DNA from: Camelus ferus
Lineage: Eukaryota
Length of the DNA stretch: 64,000 bases
Assembly (NCBI RefSeq): GCF_009834535.1
Contig: NC_045696.1
Span: 83,702,001-83,766,000, forward strand
Direction: 5' to 3'
Both the position numbers and the translations under genes were made by a program. The number at the start of each line of letters is the position of its first letter. Position 1 is the stretch's first letter. Of the stretch, positions 41,351-51,886 are shown piece by piece. Below the pieces are notes generated by a model. The model had not been told where the DNA came from. It made no database searches and saw only the letters and a program-made list of their open reading frames with translations.

Positions 41351-41506
41351 ACTCAAGTTGCAGAATATAAACAACTGAAAGATACCCTGAATAGGATTCC
41401 AAGCTTTCGAAAACCAGAGCAAGCAGAGCAGCAAAATTTTACCCAGGTGCGTTCTCCACAAGGTGACAGCACAGCAAGGGACCAGTCACGCGGAGAGGCA
41501 CGGGAG
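41351..41506 (+). CDS. GOLIM4: GOLIM4 exon 8 (156 nt): TQVAEYKQLKDTLNRIPSFRKPEQAEQQNFTQVRSPQGDSTARDQSRGEARE
   Basis: tatgcag acceptor, GAG|gtaaga donor; contains an N-F-T glycosylation sequon. Confidence 0.95.
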
Positions 41507-41604
41507 GTAAGAGGCACGAATTGGTGTCTGTGGTTGGGGTCGCTTTCACTGTCAAGCTGTCCTCAGGTGAACTGTTCTAAAAATTGCCAACTCTTCCTGC
41601 AGAA

Positions 41605-41770
41605 CACTGGTTCTCAAATTTTAGCATACATCAGAGTCCCCAGCAGGGCTGTTAAAACACAGCCGGGCCCCAGCCCACAGTTGGTAGTTCAGTTAATTTG
41701 GGTGAGGCCTGAGAATCTGCATTTCTAACTGAGTCAACTTGTCTGGGGAGGTGCACTTTGAGGACTGCTG
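41605..41770. mobile_element. MER5A hAT-Charlie MITE
   Basis: 'ggttctcaaattttagcatacatcagagtc...gggtgaggcctgagaatctgcatttctaac...cactttgaggactgctg'. Confidence 0.7.
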
Positions 41771-43686
41771 GTTTTCTGGGAAAGACTGTACTGGCTTTGT
41801 CTTTCTTCATGTGGGTATATTTGTTTGAAGACAGCTGTCATGTCTGAGTTTTTTAAGGTTTTGTTTTTCTTTTTTTTTCCCCCGGGGCAGGAGGTAGAGT
41901 AAGAAGTTTAAGTGATCATGAGGATATTATGTGATAATCAGCTCACTCAAGTATTAAAGTTGCTAATGTATTTGAACTTGATGAAGTACTTGGTCCATAC
42001 AGAATTATGTCGAAGTTTATATTAAAAGCCCTTCGTAAAACTGCCAAGAGTACACGTACTAGTCTCTGAATACGCTTTTTTGTATTCCTGTTCTTTGTAG
42101 AAATTAAGCCTTGTTGCTTAATAATGTCTCACAAGTGGATCATCAAAAGTAGTGTCACCTTTGTCATTAATTCTTACGAGGTTGTTTTTGCCATCACACG
42201 TGTGGTAAAAATGGCAAGTATGGTTATCTTCCCCCCCCCCAACACAGTTGTTTTTAACAATGAATGTTTGAGAAGACTTGCTCCAAGTCTCCTTCTTATC
42301 ATCTTACGGGAAAAATTAAGTTGATGTGAGTGGACTTCATGTGAATCTTCAGTCCATGAAGAGCATTCCTCCCCAGACAGCTTCTGTCCCATCGTGGGTG
42401 TTCTTTGTCTGCATCGGTGTGTCGCTCCTAACTTAAGGAAACAGCCAGCTTCCCGGCCTGGGAACCGGTTCTGTTCTCTGTCCCCGTTTCACTAGCAGTT
42501 TACTGGATTAATCTTTTAATGACTCAGACTTTGAGTTTTTCTGTCTGTGAGGCGGAGATAATAGTTATCTGCTCTAACCTTTCTCACAAGGATGCCCTGG
42601 AGATCAATGGCAGGCGTGTGAAAGCACTTAGGGCTCTTCGGAGAGATATTTCCTATCAGGCCAGGGCAGTGTCAGTTCAAACTTGCTAGGCTGGTAAAAT
42701 TACACCTCTAAATGTTGCCCTCGGATGTCTGAGAAGGGACTTTTTTTTCCTTGATTAATTGATTTATACAATCCAGTTTCTTATTTATGTTTCTGCTTAT
42801 TTAAGAAGCAGGCTTCACATTAATTTCAATTATGGGAGAGCAATCTGACCAAAGAAGGTATTCTTTCTGATAAAGAAGGTTGGGGTCGGGGGTAGTGACA
42901 CATTCTTCTATTGATATTATATCCTCTCTCTTTTGCCCCTCTTTTCTAAGTAATGAAGACCATATAGAAATTTCTGAAACTTGACGGGAAAATGATTTAA
43001 ATCAACCACTTTTAGAAGAATTCTCTGTAAACAGACATGTATTTTTTGTTGTTGTTGTTCAGAGCTTTCTGTTTTGTATTAACAATACAAAATATTTACA
43101 AAAGAAATGCTACTGGTTTACAAAGAAATACTATTTTAATACATTAAAAATGTTAAATTGTATCTGGTTTAATGGGCACTGGTTTAGCTAACATGGATGT
43201 CCATTAGTAATGCATTCTTTTTTTTAATATTAACTAACAAAAACAAACCTAACATCCTCAATTTGATCTTATCCTTCTCTTTCCAAATAATTATTGAAAG
43301 CAAAATTTATACTGAAGAAAATTATGTAAATATTTGATGATTTGAAGTGTGAGGGTTTTACCCTATTTATTTTAAGGGAGAACAGCAGTTAGACTGCTTT
43401 TGAGGGCAGGGTCTACTGAGTTGTGGTCACTTACAGGCTTTCCTTTTAGGTTATTTATGGTATTCCTTCCACGATGAAATTTTGTTTGTTATCTCTATTT
43501 TGTAGGTGAGATTACACAGTGAGAAGAGTTAAGTGACTCCATGGCAGCCATGCTTTTCAGTCAGGACTCTCTTTCTAGACTCCAGGATTTTGCTTATGTT
43601 GTAACCCCGTAGACATGGTAATAAAGAAATTCTATCACTACTTTCGAAATAGAAGAGTGTCATTTCCAGTGATGTGCTTGGCCTAG

Positions 43687-44013
43687 GTGTCTCGGAATAG
43701 CGAAGTGTGGCGGAACCATGAAGCGGTCCCTGGAAGAGCAGAAGAAACGAAACCTTACCCTCCCACCCAGAAGGAGGCAGAACCCCGGGCTCCCGCAGAG
43801 CTGAGCCGGCAAGAAGCCGGGCCCCGGGAGCCCGAGGCACGGCAGGTGGAAGAGGAGCACAGGAAGGCCCTGGAAGAGGAGGCCATGGAGCAGGTCGGGC
43901 AGGCCCAGCATCTCGAGGAGGAGCACGATCCGTCCCCGGAAGAGCAGGACCGGGAGTGGAAGGAACAGCGTGAACACAAAGAAGCCAACCTTCTGGAAGG
44001 GCCCGCTCGGGAG
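43687..44013 (+). CDS. GOLIM4: GOLIM4 exon 9 (327 nt): VSRNSEVWRNHEAVPGRAEE...EANLLEGPARE
   Basis: ggcctag acceptor, GAG|gtatga donor; ORF 43687..44019. Confidence 0.95.
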
Positions 44014-44069
44014 GTATGAGGTCATGCCGCCAGTCAGCCAGGATGCAGGCGTGGCTTTGTTTTTACGTA

Positions 44070-44317
44070 CAGCTGACCCTAGAACCGAGCAGGTTTGAAC
44101 CTCGCAGTTCCGCTTACACACGGTTTTTCGCCATGGTGAATACTCCAGGCTCCTTGGTTGGTTGGATCTGCAGAGGGAGCACTGCGCACACAGGGGAGCC
44201 CCAATGGGGAGGCAGTGGGGGAGCCCTGTATACAGGGGCTAACTGAAAGTGCTGGGAAGATTCTCCACTGCACAGAGGGTCAGCTCCTCCAGCCCCACAT
44301 TGGTCAAGGGTCAGCTT
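44070..44317. mobile_element. Tigger2/MER8-like TcMar MITE (248 bp)
   Basis: TIRs CAGCTGACCCT / AGGGTCAGCTT flanked by TA at 44068-69 and 44318-19; 'ggtttgaacctcgcagttccgcttacacacggttttt'. Confidence 0.75.
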
Positions 44318-45886
44318 TATTAAGGAAAATGCCCTCCCATGTATGACAATCTCTACAGTAAAGTTTGGGTGATTTCACTAAGTGGTGTATGCACATATTT
44401 AAATATTCCATTGTGGTGCTGGTAGCATAGCTACCTGGCCTCAGAAAGATGATAGGGGAACAGAGAAGGAGCAGACGGTGTGTGTATGTATCCATGTGTG
44501 TATGTATCATCTTTGTCAATAGCTGCAGAGTAAGGGAGACCCGGGCCTCACCCCTTTAACCGAGCAGGAGACTAGACACGCACCTGCTTGGGCACCTTCC
44601 CAGTCTGTGCTCAAGTCCCATGGGCATCTTGAGGCTGAGAAGTGACTCCTTGTCTGTGTTCAAAGGTACTTTCCTCCCTGTTCACTTACTGTCAAATCGT
44701 ATGTTGGCTTTTGCACACTCACCTTCCGGGTGGTTAAGTCATCAAAAAGCTGAACTTATCACTTAAGGATAGGCCACTGGGTGAGTGTGTTTTACCAGTC
44801 TCTGCTCAGGCTCCACCTACTGAGCACTCTCCTCTCACATAAGTACGATTTATGAAAAGCATCCATTATTATTATAAATGATACCTTAAAAGAACTGCAA
44901 GCAATACTGAATGCGGTGAGGTACCTTACATAACCTCTAAGGTGATGCATGACAATAGACTACCTGGCCTTTACATGGATGCTGGGCACCTTTTATTTAT
45001 AGCCCTGAAGCTTTGTTTGGCTTCACACTTTCCACAACTTCAGGCTGCTGGAGGCTTTGGCTGAGCTGGTATGGAGGCCTCTGTAGGTGCACTCTTGTAC
45101 TATTGCAAACTTAGCATGGAGAAGCCTCTCCCAGTCTTGGGTCCTTCATAGCTTTCATGAATGATCATTCCCCACTGGCTTTAACTGCCCTCAGCCATGC
45201 ACCCTCTTTCCTTTGGTGAGAATTGTACATGCTCATGTTACTTTGGCAGGGGTAGGTGAGAGAATGCAGATTGCTTAATGGAAGCAGAGTTTAAGAATTT
45301 CTATATCAGGTTTTCCTTTAATCAGAAGGCCCTGTCTTCTCAACCATTTTTGGTTTCTTTGAAGAGAATTCGGTTCTCTGCTTTTCCAGCCTAATCTAAA
45401 ATTTGCCCCCTTTTTGGCTGTGCTTAGCCTGAGCACATTGCTAGAGTTAGTCAGCCTTCCTAGGTCTTCAGCTCTTTGTGGAGAGGCCTTCACCTCAGCT
45501 TCAGCTCATAAATTGCCCCAGTTAGTCTTGAGGTTAGTAAGTGCCCACTTACGGCAGAGCCTTTTGAATATAAATTTAATTAAGGTTGGAAACTGATTTC
45601 TTCTGCTGTGCCCTCTTCCATTTGAGAAGGGAGCACACTGAAAATCTGCCTTAATGCCAGCAAATGGGAGGATCAATTGCTAAAAGAAGCCAAGGGAGAT
45701 CAGAGAGTCGCGAAGTAGAAGGTCCAGCAGCTGGGTGGCGGTGGACCTACTGTATGATGACAGTTCACCCTATAGACAGGCAGTGATAAACCAGCCCCGC
45801 CTTCTGCGTGTGTGTCCTGAGAAGCAGTGAAGGGAGGCCCGGGGGGCCTCACTGCTCTTGCTCAGCGCCGGCTCACTGTCCCCCAG

Positions 45887-46041
45887 GTGTATCCTTCTGC
45901 CAAGCCGGCTACCAGGTTCCAGTCACCGTATGAGGAGCAGCTGGAACAGCAGAGATTGGCAGCGCGGCGGGCAGAGGAGGCACGGCGGCTGCGGGAGCAC
46001 CAGGCGGCTCTGCACCAGCAGAGGCTGCAGGGGCACGTGCT

Positions 46042-46103
<62 letters not shown>

Positions 46104-46196
46104 CCAGCACCAGCACCAGCTCCTCGCCGGAGAGGCGGCCCGGCAGAGGCAGGCCGGGCCTGGGGAGGGCCGGCTGCAGCACCCTGAGCAGCCACG
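45887..46196 (+). CDS. GOLIM4: GOLIM4 exon 10 (310 nt as assembled, 311 needed): VYPSAKPATRFQSPYEEQLEQQRL...GHVL/[frameshift]/Q19(HQ)3LLAGEAARQRQAGPGEGRLQHPEQPR
   Basis: tcccccag acceptor, ACG|gtagcc donor; homology switches frame at 46043-46044 (CTT GG CAG). Confidence 0.9.
46045..46119 (+). repeat. Coding trinucleotide repeat (CAG)19(CACCAG)3
   Basis: Counted directly: CAG x19 at 46045-46101, then CACCAG x3. Confidence 0.95.
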
Positions 46197-46618
46197 GTAG
46201 CCTCCCCCTGGGCCTGGGCGGCCCCTCCTCTGGTTCTTATAAGCAGATTAAAAACAGCTTCGTGTATTTGTTGCCCGTGAACTTGAGCGGCTCCTGTCGT
46301 TGGGGCAGAACTACCACCTGAATGTTAAATTCCAAATACTTAATTTTCAAAGTAATCAACGTTTTCTTTTGGCTTACAAAATGACAGCTTATGTCTCAAA
46401 ATAACCTAGCAGGTTGTGTGCTCGCTTTATCGTTTGAAAGGTATTTTATCGTTTTTAAGGTGTCTTTCAAAAGTGTATTGGGAATCTTTAATATTTTATG
46501 GCTTTTAAAAAATTATTGAAAAACTTGTCGATAACTGTTTTTAAAGATAAATGACTTACTGTCAAACTGTGCTATTTAAGTTGTGTTGCTGAGTGCATGA
46601 TGTTTGTTTCCCTTGCAG

Positions 46619-46701
46619 GCAGCAAGCTCGTTACGATGCTGTGGATAATGATATTGTTCAGGGAGCAGAGGACCAGGGCGTCCAGGAAGAGGAAGGAGGT
46701 G
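46619..46701 (+). CDS. GOLIM4: GOLIM4 exon 11 (83 nt; 80 nt with the proximal donor after 46698): QQARYDAVDNDIVQGAEDQGVQEEEG(G)
   Basis: tttcccttgcag acceptor; tandem donors GAG|GTG|gtgagg. Confidence 0.9.
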
Positions 46702-48517
46702 GTGAGGCTTCTTAGATGATTAATGTTTAAATAAAACTGCTTGGCAATATATAATATCAACTCAGAGTTATATGCACGTCTACATACAGGTTTCCTCTGC
46801 TACCTGAAAGTAAAACACTCCTGTGAAACCTTTCATAAGCAGGAATGGTGTAAAGGGAAGAAGTAATTACCTTAGCAAGCGTCTTGCTAACAGATATGCA
46901 GAATAAATCAAGATAGAGCCCGGGTGCTCATAGGCACAGTTCAAAGCTCTGGGGGCGCGAAGCTGAGATGCTGAGTGTGGGTCCCAGGGAAGGAGCGGGG
47001 GGTTCCACTCTTGCTGCTCTGCTCTGGGTGTGCGCTGCCTCTGTAAAGGCTTTCGCTCGCAGAACAAACTCTGAACACTATTTTTGCTTTTCACTTTTTT
47101 TTCATAGAATCACAAATCCTCTTCTGATTTCTTTTGGTTCACCAAAACAAGTACTAGTGTAAGTCTTTCATAAAAGCAGAGTGGCATAAAACGAACTTTC
47201 AGAAAGTGAGGAATACCTGTACATACAAAGATTTGAGTACCATGTATCTTTTGTTGTTGTTGTTACGTTTTTCTTAATCCTCCCAAACAGCACGTTGGTA
47301 GCCCAAATCACACAAGATAACCTGTTTCCTCTCTAATGTTTTAGAGTAGAGAGGAAATAGTAGATTAAGCTTTTTGAATACTAAACACTTACTTCTGACC
47401 CATTGTCATAGGACTGTTATGCTTTGGGAAATTTCTACATCTTCTTACCTTGGAGGTGTTTAGATTATTGCCTTGAAAGTTTTTCAAATTAAGTCAACAG
47501 TAGCTTTCGTTTATGGTGCACATCTAGTATGTCATTTATCAAATACTGCTTGCTGTGATAATAGAAGTAAACAGGAACCGTCTCTCTGGCAGCGCTGACA
47601 CTTAGACATGTATCCTTTCCTAAAGCAGCTGAAGGAAGGTGATTACCCAAACTCCCTCTGTAGCCGTTCTGGTATTTTACAGCCCTTGTAGTCAGAAATT
47701 GTTTTCCTTATGTCCCCCCATGCAGCACTTAAAGCTTTTTTGTCCCATTATCAGTAAGACTAGAGAACGATTTGTTCTCTATTTAATGGATCCCTTGGTG
47801 CACTTGAAACCTGATGGTAAGTTACCTGCATCTTTATTTTCCACAGACTAAATACTCGCCATATATTTAAACTTTTCTCTTATATCTGACTGGAAAAGTT
47901 ATTTGTTCTTCTTTCTGTGTGCTTTTATCTAAGTTCTCTTTATTGAAATATTTTTTCAAAAACTAGCAAGTAAACGTGTGTGTGAGTATAGATGTGCGAC
48001 GTTCGTGGTGTCATCATCGCTGCCACCGCAGAGAGGTCGAGATGGGCTGAATTTGTGTTTGAGCTCCACAGATGGGGTTGTTCTCTCTGTCATTTCCTGA
48101 AGTAGCATCAGTTTCTTCTTTTGGTGCCTTGCCATTTTCTCTGACATTACTAAAGAATTAGTTGATCATTTTAGTGATGTCCAGTTGACTGGGCTTTATT
48201 TTATTGAGAAAGTTTTGATTGTTGTTTTTTGCATAATGGGGGAAAAATTGCAGCTTCTGTTATAAACAGAAGTTTATAAATGGAAGTTAGAGAGTTAGAA
48301 TGGTGTCACTTACTCACACGATTTCTGTAGACACGCAGCCTGGAAAAAGGACGTGACTTTTCCAAAAAAGCTAAAGCCTTACATTGAGCTAACTGAGCTA
48401 GAGAGGTGAGTGGATGAACTGGTCTGTAGGAGAGCCTACTGGTGGCTCTCCTTAGCTTTGAAAGGGAAGAATCCTGCCTGGTTCATTTGGACTGATATGA
48501 GGCCTTTGATTTGCTAG

Positions 48518-48624
48518 CCTATGAGAGAGACAACCAGCACCAAGACGAGGCAGAAGACCCAGAGAATGGACATGAGCTTCAAGAACAAGGGCCCCCCGAA
48601 GCTGACCCAGAATCCGAGGCAGAT
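48518..48624 (+). CDS. GOLIM4: GOLIM4 exon 12 (107 nt): AYERDNQHQDEAEDPENGHELQEQGPPEADPESEAD
   Basis: tttgctag acceptor, GAT|gtaagt donor. Confidence 0.95.
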
Positions 48625-51329
48625 GTAAGTATCCTCTCTTCCGTTCATGACACTTGGGAACTCACAAGGTGGAAAGGGAACGTGAAAGTTTGCCTGACAC
48701 CGTACGCCAGGCTCCAGGTCTGTCTGTTACTTCATCCGCACAGAAGGAAGGTGACTTGCAGAGCTCTATGATAGGAGCAGTGTAGTTAACTGTAAACTTT
48801 GGGGTGGGGTGGACTGTGATGAAAATAGGTTAAAGGTTACTCTGGGAAAACATCCAAGGAGTTTCCCTCTGGGGACTTTTGGATTAATAAAATTAAAACG
48901 GAAAAGCAAAAAGAGGCATTGAAATATGTAGTAATTCTGAAAGATGGGAAAAAAAAAAAAAAAGCAAGTGTGAGATTTGGAACGAGAACCAGAGAAAGGA
49001 GTTAACCGTTATGCAGCATGGTGAGCGGTCTGTAAGTGGGTGTCATGTGATTCTCTGTAATCTCCCAGCAGTCCAGTGACTATTTTAATAAATATATGGA
49101 TAAGAATGTATTGTTTGAGAAATGAAGAAGAATGATGCTGCGGAAAAATTAGAATATTAGTAGGTAGAGATATAATAACCCAAAATGTTCTTTGTTTTTA
49201 TCCAAAAAAGACCAGGCCTCCCAGTTCGGTTGGGTGATCTAGGGCCTAGGCCTTTCCTACAAGTCAGTGTGTCCTTGTGCTTATGTATAGATGATTTTTA
49301 CAACTTACTAGCTTGCTTGTCATCTTGTGCTAGTAAATCAACCATCACGTTGATAAAATTCAGTCTGTGCTATCCTGTGGGCCAGGTTTATGTTGATCCA
49401 GTGGACCAGTAGGAGGATCTGTATTGTTCCTTGATAAGCATTGAGAGAGTCTTCCTGAGAGCTGCTTGAAGCCACCTGGATGGAAACAGCTGTTTGACGG
49501 AACTTGCATGGAGAGGTGGCAGACACATTTGTCTACCAGCCCAAGTCAGCGTTTCTGAAAGTGTGTTCCAGGGAACCCTAGCCCTGAAATATTTTCAAGA
49601 AGGAGCAAGAGCTTTAGATAACAGGGGAGTGCAAGAGAGCCAGAGGATGTAAAGACAAGAAGGAGAGGGTTCATAAGAGAGCAAGACAGCCAGTATGTAA
49701 AAGCCTGAGAGTGTCCTGAGAGCAATGGAGGGGATAGGGACAGGGAGAATGGTCCAGTCACTGATGTTTGGGACATGCTATGTGCTTCGACTGGCCACCT
49801 GACTCTATGATCCTTTATTCTCCTCTCTTCAGCCAACTTGTTCAAGATAACACATTGGGAAACGTTGGCCTTTCTACTGAAATTACTAGCCTGCTTGTCC
49901 CTATTTTTTGTCTTCACCTATTTTATTTATTAATTTTTAAATTAAAAAAAGTTTTTTGTCCAGCCTGAGATTTTATTGATTATCTATTTTATTTGAATGG
50001 AACAACTGTGCTTGTTAAGACTTTTTTTTTAAAACTTGGTTAGAGTTGGAGCCAGTGTGTACATTTTTATGAACTTTTGCCAAAGACATTTGGTACTTTT
50101 TTTCCTCAAGAAAATGTAACACATTTTTTTCTATATTTCCACACAATGTATTGACAATGCACAAAAAGAAATCCATGTGACAAGAGATTGTGGAGTAATT
50201 GGAGTCTAGCGTGAAGATGATGATTTGTCACTCGCGATATTCCCAAGAAAAGTGTCATTTTGCTCTTGGATGGAGTACGTAGCCGGGGGTGTGCGGATGG
50301 CACGTCAGCTGCGACTGCAGTGAGCTCTGGCACACGTTCAGGGCTCTGAAGTGAACTGAAGTAGAATCTGGCTGTCTGGAGAACACTGACAGACTGCACG
50401 TTACTCTGAGGCCCCACCAGCTCTGGGAAGCTTTGCTGCCTCAGTTGAGTGTCCTGTTGATGAGCCAGCAAAGCTCCTGCAAGCGTCACCGTTCCTGTCC
50501 AGCTCAGGCTCCAAAATCTAAGTCTTTGTGAGGACATGTATTATTTTGAAAGGTGCTTTGGGAGCATAAGTGGCAAAATCGAGATAATTCGAGAGTTGGT
50601 ATTATGAAGGGCATTCATTGAACACAATAGCTGAGAACTACTTGGGGGGGTGGGACGGGCCAGGGAGGGATTTTTCAAAATAGATTGCTAAAGGTTGGGT
50701 TAGCTCAGTCCCTTTTCTCCCGTCTCTTGTCAGTGCAACATCTCTCAGCCTCACAGTGTTTATAAAGAAATGTACTCCACACTAGAAAGTGGTCATCCCT
50801 TTTTAAATTAGCTCTTCTCTTGTCTCCTCGCAGGCCCTCTTCTCGGGGCCTTTCTGGTGTGGGCTTCCTCTCTCAAATGCTTTTCACCCACTTACATTGA
50901 CAGCTGACTCACAAAGGATAACTAGTCTGTAAAAATCAACATGCCAGGGAGAGAAGTCAGTTTGCCTGTCTAAATCTCTTGTTTTAATGACTTCCCCTAC
51001 TTGGTCCTTTGGCTTTTATTAACTGTTTTTCTTGTTGTCCACTTACACTCATATTACTTGTGATATTAGAGTTCTGAGAACTGTTTTGGAATCGCTTGCA
51101 GGAAAGAAGTGCTGTTTGAACTTCATTCTGATTCATCAGCCTCTGACAAATGCAGCCGGGGTTTTATCTTTAGACAGTGGGATGGGTACTTGTGAGTCTT
51201 AGCAAGGATAGATCTGAACACTCTAGTGAAGGACAATTTCATTTTCTGCCAGTCTGTGGCCTTTCAAATGAAATTAAACTTGATCCTGGATTTTCAAGTG
51301 GTGGTTTGCTTTTCATTACAATTTTACAG

Positions 51330-51497
51330 AGGGCAGCTGTAGAGGATATAAACCCAGCAGACGACCCTAATAACCAAGGCGAGGATGAATTCGAGGAAGC
51401 CGGGCAAGTGAGGGAAGAAAATTTGCCAGATGAAAATGAAGAACAAAAGCAGAGTCATCAAAAGCAAGAGAATGCAGAGGTGGAGGAGCATTTGGTG
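51330..51497 (+). CDS. GOLIM4: GOLIM4 exon 13 (168 nt): RAAVEDINPADDPNNQGEDEFEEAGQVREENLPDENEEQKQSHQKQENAEVEEHLV
   Basis: ttttacag acceptor, GTG|gtaagc donor. Confidence 0.96.
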
Positions 51498-51817
51498 GTA
51501 AGCGATGCCACAAAGGAGGAGGATTCTAACCCAGATATTTCAATAAATGCCTGGTTTACATAAACAGTCGGTCACAACCTGTATGGACAGGAGGTTTGCT
51601 TCTGGTTGGTTTTTAGTCCATCGTGTGAAAGGACATGCCCACACTCAGAGAGGGAAATGGGATCCTGGGCTTTGTGTTGTGGGAATGATCATTCATCTCC
51701 CAGCCACTGATGCTGTGAAAGTGTGCTTGTCATGGGCCTGCCTGTCCTTTGTTCCAGATAACAGGAAAAGGCATCTCCAACGTCCAGTAACCTGAGCCTC
51801 CCCTTTTGTTTCAACAG

Positions 51818-51886
51818 ATGGCAGGAAATCCAGACCAGCAGGAGGACAACGTGGATGAGCAGTACCAGGAAGAGGGGGAAGAGGAG
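51818..51886 (+). CDS. GOLIM4: GOLIM4 exon 14 (69 nt): MAGNPDQQEDNVDEQYQEEGEEE
   Basis: ttttgtttcaacag acceptor, GAG|gtagga donor. Confidence 0.95.

Noticed and set aside
43529..44121. Minus-strand ORFs of 77-153 aa
   Set aside because: Antisense shadows of the GC-rich, purine-rich exon 9.
45827..46321. Overlapping poly-Ser, poly-Ala and antisense poly-Leu/poly-Ala ORFs
   Set aside because: Alternative frames of the stop-free GC-rich CAG repeat in exon 10; no independent gene evidence.
46625..46627. AAG acceptor 8 nt into exon 11 that would restore frame after the exon 10 deletion
   Set aside because: Lies behind two better CAG acceptors and would still translate the repeat as poly-Ser; not a credible rescue without reads.
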